A stretch of 64,000 nucleotides of DNA, from NCBI GenBank assembly GCA_000934665.2, contig KZ538163.1, positions 1-64,000 of the forward strand. Direction: 5' to 3'. The notes beneath the pieces are model-generated. The model was not told where the DNA came from. It searched no databases and saw only the letters and a program-made list of their open reading frames with translations. Below are positions 53,032-64,000 of the stretch, piece by piece. Numbering within the stretch: position 1 is the stretch's first letter; each line of letters begins with the position of its first letter. The translations under genes and the position numbers were made by a program. The stretch is from Catajapyx aquilonaris. Its lineage: Eukaryota.

Positions 53032-56000
53032 TTTGCGGGATTGATTGGTGGGATTTCCTCTGTTGTATATCCTACAGGGTGTTGCGAGGGAGGAGCCTAC
53101 CTTTTAAACTTTCCTGAGTTCCGGCCTGTACGAAACACTCTCTCCGGATGCAGCCTTCAATTAAATCGCCAATTGACTCCGGTTAACCATCTCGGGTTGT
53201 GGGGGGTATAGAGCCTGGAGAGAAAACGGGGAAGGGTTTTGTCTCGCACGAAATGGGTTGAGCCCCTTGAGAGAAAAGGAGAAGACATGGCCCCCTCTCT
53301 TCTCTCCTTCCTATTTTTTTTTTTGTAAGAAGCGTGTGTGCTTTGGCCCGTACCGCCTTTGAATTAATAATGCCCCTCAGGTTTGCGCTCTCTGGCAAAG
53401 ATGGACTGAGACGGCGCATTGCAACTGTTTCGCCTTCAAATTGCCTCTCAAAATTTTCAATTAAGACTGGTTTTTTCAACACTTTTCTTTCAATGCTGCT
53501 TTTTTGGTTAAGCTATTTTTCGACATTAGCTATTGCATTCTCATTGGGCGGTATAATTGAAAGGTGTAATTATGGGTGGTGCTTAAAACCCAAGTTTCGT
53601 TGAGAGGATGAGAGTATTGGGCTGCCGGTGCTGCAGATTGGCGCTGACTGCTGCTGCTTCTAGTGCTGCTGCTGGAGACAGAAGAGGATCGATAGCCACT
53701 TCTTGGTGTGTCCCTCGGTTCTGGGTGCCACCTTTTTTTGCCTTGGTCCAACCCACTTTTTTCCAGCCTCTCTCCTCCGTCTCTCCCATCTTTTTCTTCT
53801 TTCTTTCCACGACACCCGATCCGCCATCACCGAGTGCATTTAAATGCTGTTGGCATGCAGTCAAAGCCTTGCGGAGGCGGCGTCGTCGTTCGGCAGCCAC
53901 CTGCCTCGCCTTTTCGTGGAAGGAAACAATAAAGGAAGAAATTGGACCGTTTTTTTTTTTCTTGGAAGGAGGGGTACATGTATATGCGGAGATGCCCGAA
54001 TGATATTTCGTCCGGGGAAGCTGGTTTTGTTTGCCGGTTCTTATATATATAGCGGCCTGTTTCATTTCGAGTTGGGTGGGGGTGGTATGAAGGAAGTTTC
54101 AGTTTGAAACAGCACGTTTTGTCGAAATGTCTCGTGTCGTAAAATGTCCTGGCTTGCGGGGTGATGAATTTTGGCTTCGAGCTGTCAAGTTCGGTTCCAC
54201 TAGAACTAGAGTGATGCAGTGGAGCTGGTCTTTTCATAGAAAAATAGTTGCACCAGAAGTGCTGTCGCATGATATACCAATTGCATTATTTAATGTGTTG
54301 CAAGGGGTCATGTATGACTGTTTAAAACTTAAACTGCACTATTTGCGGACAGCCCTCGGTGACATGTCACCTGACACAATGTTACCTGCACCCCCAGTGG
54401 CAGATGGATATCCATCGGTGCCACGGGCTGTTCCCACAGGAAGCGAATCCTCACCGCGGCGGACTTGATCCGCGCGCCACATTTCAAGAGCTGTCGCCAT
54501 TTTGCAATTTCAGTACTGCCAACGCTCCACCCGCAGGGTTGCCAGTTTCGGTCCAACCAACACGTCAGTCCCTGCATTTTGCAAATTATGCTGTTGGTTT
54601 GCAGCATAGCCTCAATTTGTTAATATAAATAAATCACTCCCGATATGCAGTGCTTCACTCGAATGTGCCGCTTCTCTCATGTTTCCTTAAACAATATTTC
54701 CGTTAAAATTACATGGGCTTTCCTTCACTACCTTTCGCTTCAGGCTACTTGCTAAATCGCACCGGTTAATCGATCTCACCTTGGTATGCCGATTTTTTTG
54801 CGCAATATAAATTTTACTAGCCTATAATTACTAGCATATTTAGTGAGTCGATATAGAAAAGGGTGTAATGGAGAGTAAAAGGGCTTAGAGAATTGCGGGT
54901 ACCAACGTGTATTTATCCCCACCTTTGTGTTCCCAATCGCCTAGTGAGCTCCTGTAATCTTCAGCCCTCCAAATCCCCTTGTGGGAATCAAAAAGGCATC
55001 ATGCTTTTCAACCCTCCCTTCATTCGCAAGCCACCTTTCCGTATAATAAATCAATCAATGCGCCGCCAAGGTTCCATTTGCCTTTTTTGGCCTCTCAAGT
55101 AATCCCGCTCCTGGAAATTAAAACGAAAATAGGCGAAACCAGCCCTTTATTGATCACCTTCGTAAGCGAAATTTCGCAAAATACAGTCAATTATGTAATA
55201 TAATTATTGTGACCTGAAATCGAGCGTGGACGAGTCCATTCCTAAGGATTTGAGAGTAGGTTGCGGTTCGGCCCAGGTGCACAGGGCTCAATTTAGGAAA
55301 CCAATCAATCAGTCCCCGGGATGATTAGCACAAGCGCCACTCTGGAAGACTCGTCCAGGATCGCTGATGACGTGCCCAGAATTCCTCTACTTCCTTTCTC
55401 TCTCTCTCTCTCTTGGGTTAGGTAGCTCTCTCCACGTGACTTATGGAAAGGATTTGGGCCTAAATGGAATCTGGCGAGGTTTGGCACGAAGCCGTCTCCT
55501 TGTGTCTTGGACGATTGGCTTTCTATTGCGAAGCGGCCTGGAAGCTTCTAATGGTGCGAGACACCTTCTGGCTAAGCTAGAACCACATTTTTAAAAAAAT
55601 ATTCCGGGTTCTACCACCTGTTTTGAAACCAGTCATTCGATTATTTACGCAGCCCCGGCCCTCATTGCCTTCCAGCACTTGAAAACTATCTGTGAATCAA
55701 TTTTCATGAAAAGAAAACACGCCCGGACGATTCCTGCAGAGAGATTAATTGTGTGTTACGCTCGAAATGGATTGAAATTTCTGGTCAAAGGAAACCCGGC
55801 TGGAAGGAGGTTCCGGAGATGCCGGGGCCTCAATTTACTCCAGTCTTTATAACCAGATTAGCTTACATTTTAAAGCGGTTAGGTCCGTCGTATAAAAGCG
55901 GGGCTGGAAAATTGCGGGGGGTTGGAAAAGTCCACTGGTTTTTGGCAAAATGTGAGGGGGGGGGGGCTAGAGGAACCACAATAAGCGAAAGCAGCCAGCA

Positions 56001-57530
56001 CTCCGCAGATGATTTCACTACTGTTTATCCATAAAATTTCATTACCGGGCGGCTTGTTAAGGAAGTAGACCGTAAAACCGGGGGAATTACCGGGAGAAAA
56101 CCGGGGACCCAGCTTTTTGGCAGGTTCCTTTGCAACATACTGCATTGCTACTACGTTTCTCACACGGTTTTAACTGCGTACAATTTTGTGGCGGAGTCTG
56201 CAAAAAGGCTAGTTTTGCCTCCAGGGATACGTTGTGACGCTTGTTAAAATCTAAAAAGTCAACCCGGCGCAATTTTTCGGTCTGGAAAACATCGCCTGAC
56301 CACAAACTCCTGTGGGATTTTTACAAAAAAAAAATTATATCAGTGTTGAGACATATTCTTGCTGCTATTTTGCTCTCAACGTGTTTTTCCTTTGAAGGTT
56401 TGTACCTACGAGATGAACTCTTACGCTTCTTTTCCTGCAACCCTCTCCCACCTATAGCGTCGTCCTGACTTTCTTTTGCCAAGTGTAGCGGAACTGACTT
56501 CAAAAGCTTCTCCGAACCTCAAGCGCAAACCTAAGTGCCTTTTCCTGGGCTGGAGAAGATCAGGCCTCCTCCTCCGCCTCCTCCCTATACCCCCCTCCTA
56601 CCTTCCCCCCATTTCCCCTCCATTTTAATCCCTGCTAGTTGCCTTTACCATGATCATTTTTCCGAGCCTGCAAATTGAGAGGAGGCCCTTTTCACGCGCC
56701 GAAATAACCATTTACCACAACTAGTTCTGACTAGATGAGAATCTGGCTTGAAGACAGCTTGGGACTTTTTTTTCTTCATTGTTAACGGTGCCAGGTGAGA
56801 CTCGAGGAAACCTGAGGGATTGTTGATGGTCATTTTGTTGGGATTTGACGATTATGTTGTATTCACTTCATTCATTTCGTCTCTGCAGTGTTATGAAAAG
56901 GGTGGAAATAATTATCTTGTGTGACTGACATTACAACAATAAACTAGTTCCATATTGCACCATGCTTCAATAGTTGTATGCACTGAACAGGCTCGACTCT
57001 CTGCGCGTTACAATATTATTTTCCCCACACGTTTCTACTTGAAACAGTAAGCCCCGTGGGGATTGGCTGTTCCATGCATAATTCAGGCTGCTACCTTTTC
57101 TGCGGCAGTTACGTTTTGAATGCGATAAATTATGTAGTATGTCCACACGTGTGTCATATTAGTTGGCAAATATGACGTGTTATGTTATGGTTCGTGCATA
57201 ATGTAATGGAATTGGAATATCGGTGATAGATGAAATAACGAATTGGCCCCAAAAAATGTCCCAAAACTCGATGAGATATTCAGGGTGGCAATAGGGAAAA
57301 TGTGCCTGGCAGCCCCGATTACTGACGATGTCACCGCGATTGATTGAACCCATCCAAACTGATTAAATATTTCAGTGTTATAACTTGTACTGTATAATCG
57401 ACCACTGATCGATAGAACTAGTCACGCATAGCTGCTGCAGTCTTTGTCAAAAAGTGATGCTCGCTTTTATTTCTCCATATTTTTCCCTACGGATGTTTTT
57501 TCCATTAAAATAAGCCAATTGCGCTGAAAG

Positions 57531-57780
57531 TTGTCATGTTCTTGGTGCAAGGAATTGCGACGAGTCCCCGAGTTTTTCCTTTCAGTCGAGTCAATCCGAA
57601 AGCAGTTCGATAGACACAGTAGTCATGGCGCGCTTTCAAGAGGGATTCTGTGCAAAGCTTCCCAAGTAAAGTACCGACGTCCCACTTACTGTAACTCCCT
57701 CTCCGGACACCACAAGCATAGCTTTCGGATTTTATCGTTGATAGGGATTGGTCCAAGTGGCCCGCCCCCCACTCTTCTCT
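57531..57780 (+). mobile_element. decayed non-LTR RT fragment (subdomain 3)
   Basis: FFLSVESIRKQFDRHSSHGAL; compare DxxKAFDxVxH. Confidence 0.35.
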
Positions 57781-59789
57781 TCTTTTTTTTTGGGGGGGGG
57801 GGGGTGGACTTCCTTTCCTTTTATTTTCCAAGAAAAAGGAACCGCAGGTGATCACTGAAAGTTTAATCGCGTCGGAAAACGAGAGTCGGTAAGGAAGTCT
57901 GCAATACCATCACCAGACCCATTTTGTCCCGGCTGCAAAGTGGAGGAGGAAAAAATAATAATTCCGGACACTTGTCCCCTCAGGTCCGGCTTCTTGTCGT
58001 AAACACTTTTATTGCTCTGGTAAAGAAAGAAGGGTTGAATGGAGAATTTTCTTCTGGTACGTATTAGGGTGCGATTGGAACTATTTCGGGCCATGTTGAT
58101 GACTCAGTTGGGAATGGAAGGTGAATCCTGCTTTTGCCCCCCAAAATATATCCCTTTGCCTGGAGGATATGGCAACAAGAGTGTCTTAATGTATGAGATC
58201 CGGCAAGATGTGATTTTACACTGCATTAAGCGACAAATTGGCATCTATTAGTTCCAGTACCTGATATTCACGAGTGCGAATATAGGTAAGATGGCCGAAT
58301 ATGTTCCGGATGACGCAGTGTAGAACAGAAGTTTATAAATCGTATAAAAGACAGCAGGATTCCAATTCCCGGCATGCGCGAATAATTTATCAGTGTTAAT
58401 GCCATTGGCGGTATTCCGTTTAGCGGCTCATATCCTGCAAAATGTGAGTTGCACCGCGTCAGTCACGGAAAATGTATCTGCTCCCAACTTCATCGGAATT
58501 TCTGGAATATTATTCACTAGCACCCCCACCCGGAATGGCGAGGGTGGGCTGGTTTCACGAACCGTACACGCTTCACTGGACATGACGTGAACGTGACGGT
58601 TCGCATCTTTCCAGCACGTGCTGGACCCGATATTTCGACACTGTTAATTTAACGGGATTTCAAGGGATATTTCTGAACAGTAGCATCAGGACCATTTTTT
58701 AAAAAAATATGAATTTTAATTAGTATTCTTTGTACCCTTTTCTCCGATATTTACATGGAATGTAACTATCAATTGATTATTGAAAAATTTTGCCATATCA
58801 AGGCAGACGACGTATATTTTTCATAACAGCATGTCAATTTATGTACAGTATCCATAACCTGTCATATGCAAGCAATATTGCACAATACTGTACAAAAAAT
58901 TGCGATTCCGTGCACGAAATTTTTCGGCCTGTTCTTCCTCTTTTATCCAGTATGTATCGCATGTCCAATTGTTTTCCAAAAAAAAAATGACATCTGAAAA
59001 GTTCTGTGAACAACCCCTGTCAAAATATGTGCAATATGCTCTTTGATACTGATGAAGTGGACCCCAGCATCCAGAACTTAGCAAACAAAAAGCAGCAGTC
59101 AGCTAATCGTTACCCGGGATTACACCTGTGCCGCTCACATTTCCATGCACTGTTGCACGTTTCGAGTGCTGAGGGTGTGTGTGCACAAAAACCTGCGGAA
59201 AATCACCCCCACCTGAAGTGGGCAGTTCTCCCCCAAAACGTGGTGGACCACGCCCAATGTCCAGAGGGAATGTAGAATTGGAGCGATGAACCAACAGGGC
59301 CATTACAGAGACTCCCCCCTGCGGAAAACCCTTGCCTGATAATTAATCCGGGGAAGCTGCTCTCCGGTTTTCCTTTTCGCTCGTGTCCGGATGATGTAAA
59401 GCCCGGGTGAGAACAGGTTAAGAGACCGGTTCAACCTAATTTCCTCTCCAATTTTTTGTGTGTGCGCATCTAACGACATGCATTTATTGTCCACTGTGTA
59501 CACAATCCGTCTTTTTTGGCTCACATTTTTCGAATTTTTTAGAGCTCGGTTCGTGATGGAATTAGCTCATTTTTACGGATTCCACATCCCCAGTCCGCAT
59601 TAATCTCGCTCAGGTTCCCCCCCCCCCCCCACCCTGAAAGTACGTGACTGTTTCGCACGACATGCAAACCACGCTCCTTCACTGCAGGAATTGTCCTTTT
59701 TTGATGGACATTTTTCCTCAATAAGCTGAGCAACACATCAGCAATTACATGTGATCACGTACTATGGAAAGTAATTTGCGTACGTGCTG

Positions 59790-60057
59790 CCAATACGCAT
59801 AAGGCGGCAATCTTTTTTTTTTTGGTTTGTCGCTTTTGAGCATGGTGCTGAGTTGTGAATTCACAAAAGGCGGTCTAAAAAAGTGTTGTTATGCAGATGA
59901 TTTTTTCCCCCGCTCGCATTTTTCTCGCACGGTTGCAGGTGAGTCTCCTGTTTACGGATTCCGCTGCGATTATTTTCCAATCCCTTTCATGGGGGTGGGC
60001 AGGAAAATCGCTTTGGAATTTCTGGTCAGACATAGCCCATCGGTGCGGAATAGTTAG
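59790..60057 (+). mobile_element. decayed non-LTR RT fragment retaining YADD (possibly collinear with a subdomain-1-like piece at 59006-59200)
   Basis: KKCCYADDFF, with YADD at 59890-59901. The upstream piece reads NMLFDTDEV...ANRYPGLHL (compare NYRGISL). Confidence 0.45.
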
Positions 60058-60449
60058 GGGTGCGCGCTATGTGCCCCCGGTTTTTCGTAATTGAGTTGGG
60101 TTCGAATGCCCCTGTGCAACACTTGACAAAAAGTTCGGGCATTGAAATAATGCACCCTGCTTGGCTTTTCCGGGGTTAATAGACTGTGTAATTGGATATG
60201 CTCGGTACGGCGGAAAGAAAACATTTTCCCGTTTTCTAAGCTTCCGTATTTTTTTTACGTACGGTATTATTACCGTCCTGTTCTCCCCCAAGCAGCGAAA
60301 CAGATCCCTTGTAAACAATAATCCAATCTGCCACAAACGTGAAAGTGGCGGGGAGAGATTCTCTTGATGGACGCAAATTGAATTTCCCTTTGCATCGGTC
60401 ATGCGGTTAATTTGTAACACGGTCCCCTCAGTGAAAGAGCCGGGGAGGA

Positions 60450-60721
60450 GCAGCCTCCCTCCGGATGTGCAGGGAGGGCAGGGGCTGTCTCTCCCTGTAA
60501 GAGCAAACACGATAAATCAGCAATCGTGGCGAAACGACCTTCCGGTAGTAACAAGAGGAGGCAACTCCCCATACCATCCAAGAACTGGCTGTCCTGGGTC
60601 GATATTCCAATTAGTTGTGGTGTGTGCGGGCATCAAATGGCCGGACGTGCTTGAGGGCCTTCCTCCTCTTCCTTTGACGCCTTTTCCAGCACTCGTGGGG
60701 ACCAGACGACTATTCCTTTAA
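60450..60721 (+). mobile_element. decayed LTR-retrotransposon integrase fragment
   Basis: VTRGGNSPYHPRTG...KWPDVLEGL...TP; compare SPYHPQTNG...WxxxL...TP. Confidence 0.5.
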
Positions 60722-60840
60722 TGGATGGCATCCACAGTCCCTGGGAGCCTTTTGACGGGTATCGAGGATGGAAGGGATTGGACTTGGACGGATTCGTCTC
60801 ATCAGGTCTCAGTTTTCCCTATGGAGTGTTTAGGCATAAT

Positions 60841-60986
60841 GGTTAGGGGGTGGAGGATAACCTTACCTAACCCTACCTAACCCTAACTGTTATGGTTAGG
60901 GTGGGTTAGGGCTAGGATTAGGTTAGACCCTAATATGATCATAACCTAACCTACATTATCCTAACGCCAACCCTAACCGAACCCAA
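60841..60986. repeat. interstitial telomere-like repeats (TTAGG and TTAGGG) in alternating orientations
   Basis: GGTTAGGGG / CCTAACCCTACCTAACCCTAAC / GGTTAGGGTGGGTTAGGGCTAGGATTAGGTTAG / AACCTAACCTA...CCCTAACC. Confidence 0.75.
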
Positions 60987-62625
60987 TGAAAGTTTTTTTT
61001 AAAAATAGATCTACAGCGCTATTATGACTCTCAAAGCTCATCTCGCAGCAAATCTACGTCATCACCAACTCAATTCCAGCTCAAGTGTGTGACTCCCAAC
61101 CCTTTTTATTATCTCACGCTCAAATGGCGTTTTGTAATGGAAGGTAGATAATGTGTCTGGCATAATGGATGAGGCATAATTACTCCCAACGGATATCGCT
61201 ACCTATCAGGATATCACTCGATTAGTACGTGATCGAATGTCGCCTGAGCACTTGTCCATCACATACACACCCCGCCCCTATGAATTTGTTACTATCAGCA
61301 GTCGGGTAATTACAGATCTGGAATCATAGCTAGATATTACTAGTGCTGATTTGGTGGCTCATCTAGAATAGTTTTTTTTTCGGACGGAGGAGTAAGGGCA
61401 CAAATAGTGTAATTGGAAAGCCTTCACGAGGAACGAATGTTCTGCTTTGTGGAAACTTGGTCTCTTTCCCGTGAGGATTGGGCTCGATTAACCCCGGGTT
61501 CCCCGGAGCATTCCGAGTGCCTGTCTTCCCGGAGCCCCGGGGCCGCAGGGGGGGCTCCGGAAAGGAAATCAATTTGCCCGGAAGAGCTGCGAACGAGGCG
61601 CCCATTTGCAGGCGAATGCGGGATGCATAAATTTCTTTTACCGCTTTCCTATAAATTAGACGGCCCGGATTTTGGGGGGAAGAAAAAGTGGGGGGGAGGG
61701 GAGGGGTAGTTCAAGCCTCCTACCTTCTTACCCCTTCCATTTTTTCTTCGTACTCTTCTGCAAACATTGCAACAAAACAAGCTTCGATATTTTGCTTCCG
61801 TGGCGGGGGAGGCGAGGAGTGCAAACCGCAGATAACGCAAGGACGTGGTCCGGATTTTGGATCAACGATGGAAAATATGAATTGGGAAAAGACCTCCACT
61901 TCACTCAATAAACCACCTATTGGTTTCCTAGAGCGTACAGGCGTATTCGAAGCGGTGAAATTGGCTTTCGATTCCGGGCTAATTCGGATCGGCGAGGCGA
62001 GACTCACTCCGGATTGTAATCCGCTGTGTCCCATTCTCTCTCTTCTCTTTTTTTTAGTCTAATGGTTTCGCGCTACAGAAGTTTTCAAGCGTTCCTTTTC
62101 GAACATTACATTAACCTGGATTTTTTTTGTACGTGTTAGACACTCTTTTCAGTCCAAATTTGAATATCAGCTGCGTATGTGGTGATTTTTTGTGTGAGAG
62201 TGCCTGTGTGTAATGTGGAGGAAAAAGTGATCGACAGAAAGGAATTTTTCAGGTATTAATCAGAGCGAAAAAACATGATTTTTTCCTGTAGAGAGGTGCA
62301 GGTGGATGTTTGATTGTTACCGTGAAATTAAAACCATGTTTCCGCCATGGTGAATGTCATCTATTTCTATTCTCTTTGCCTCAAAGGGTTACGATGGGAG
62401 TGAAATGGTCTGAGACCAAAGTTGTGCTGACAAATAATGGTTTCACCTGAACAGATGGCTATGAACAGAACTGTTCCTCGCTGGAACTGGGCTATACCTT
62501 ATATATTGTCCAATAAATTATATAATCTTGCGAGTGTACGATTGAAAAGTCAGTGTTGTTGGAAAATTGTTGGATCTGCAATTTAAGCCGACAGGGATTT
62601 AATTTTGTAATAATTGAAGGGCTCC

Positions 62626-62681
62626 TATGGCCAAAAAGCCCAATGGGGTAAAACAAAACAAAATAAAATAAAATAAATAAA
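62626..62681 (+). mobile_element. 5'-truncated retroposon 3' end with A-rich tail
   Basis: TATGGCCAAAAAGCCCAATGGGGTA plus an (AAAAC/AAAAT) tail, between 17-bp direct repeats AATAATT(G/A)AAGGGCTCC at 62609-62625 and 62682-62698. Confidence 0.65.
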
Positions 62682-62683
62682 AA

Positions 62684-62769
62684 TAATTAAAGGGCTCCAT
62701 GGGAAAAGGTGGTAACTAGATGGGAATTCCCATCTAGTTGCCCCCTTCTTCCATGGAGGCCTTCAATTA
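62684..62769. repeat. 86-bp loop-less imperfect palindrome
   Basis: 43-bp arms with 6 mismatches, centred on GAA|TTC (62726/62727). The inner 26 bp AACTAGATGGGAATTCCCATCTAGTT is a perfect palindrome. Confidence 0.9.
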
Positions 62770-64000
62770 ATATCATTTCTTCTTATATTGATTGGGAATA
62801 TTCGTGTTTTTCGGTGAGAGAAGTTTGGAAAATGAAAGTGATCACTCATTCACTTATTGGATATTTTGGAGGCTTAACCAATACATGGAGTCTGCCTGTC
62901 GCTGACGCACTCTTTGAGTGACTGACGGATGGGTTGAAAAAAAAAAGATTTTGATGGTCTTGACATGTAGCAAGACTGATATTTTGCATGCACTCGTAGG
63001 ATTTCGTAGCTAGAGTTCGGAAAAATGCAACCTCTTAACATGCATGTCACTTTTATCATCAAGTTTAGTTTCTTATAATTGGACGAGACGTAATATTTTG
63101 GACATTTTTCATTCCTGGAAATGCTGCATAAAACGTGTACTGACGAGGTCATGTTACAATTAATATTGTTCTCTCTAGGCTAGTATTCTGCACTAAAAGT
63201 TAACCAGAGAGTAATGTTATACTAAGTAAATGTAATTTGTGTTGCTTGCGGCCCCATGTCCTTGTCGAGCATTGTCCTTTCCCCGTCGTGTTTCCCTGGC
63301 CGGAAGAGCTCCTGGGTGTTACACAGCTTTTAATTGGCTTGGGTTAATCACTCTGGCCCAGAGAGTTAGCTGTGTGACCTGCGCCACTATGGTTCAGAGA
63401 CGAAAAAATTAAATCCACCATCCCTTTTCCCCATCACCATATTTTCAGACCCTTCCCATCCCTGGATTTTAGAGCATGAGCTGCTTGATGGGGTGTTCTG
63501 GTTTTTGTTTAAAAATGGTAGACCTTGGGGGTACCTTCACGCTAGGAAAAAGGATAATATCCTTCAGCTATTGTTGGAAATCTGGATATTGCTGAAGTTA
63601 AAAAGAGTGCTGATGTTCACTCTTGCTTTTCGCTGAGCTTATTGTTCTAGTTCCATCCACTCCACAGAGATTAACTTAAGCATCAAAAACATCAATTTTC
63701 ATTTAGATGTGTCGTGCCACCTTTTTTGTGATATGAACCTACTGTTGGAAGATGCAATAATGCAAATAACAATGTAATTATTCCAACACAGATTGAGCAG
63801 TTTACTATACAGTGTAAGCCTAAGTATTATTTTATCGTACCGTGCTAGGAAAGGATTTTCTTCACATCATATAATTTAAATTCAAGTACTAAAGAGGGCA
63901 CTTTTGAACGAGGCTGAAACTTTCTGAGATGTCTTCTGCCGCAGGAGGCCCTATGGCATACTATATTTTACATTTAGTAAGATCAGTTTCAAGTTAAAGC

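Overview
This is eukaryotic, probably arthropod-like, mostly non-coding DNA: a very long intron or gene desert, with a 20-N gap at 21686-21705. Only one intact protein-coding gene is supported: an intronless minus-strand linker-histone H1 / protamine-like (PL-type) gene at 12656-13561, with a winged-helix (H15-like) core, an Arg/Ser/Lys-rich tail and an AATAAA signal. The window opens in the 3' end of a decayed piggyBac element (Cys-rich domain, right end ...AAAGGG|TTAA at 1626). It also holds two nested tRNA-derived SINEs with clear target-site duplications (2974-3601), three MITEs, a 532-bp (CT)n, an (AAT)n, telomere-like TTAGG/TTAGGG patches and an 86-bp loop-less palindrome. About two dozen short (roughly 150-400 bp), heavily eroded fragments translate into recognisable non-LTR RT/endonuclease or LTR-integrase motifs. 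A candidate recursive-splicing site with a 44-nt cryptic exon (26524-26567) suggests the region lies inside a giant + strand intron. All family assignments come from motifs read by eye; no database searches were run.
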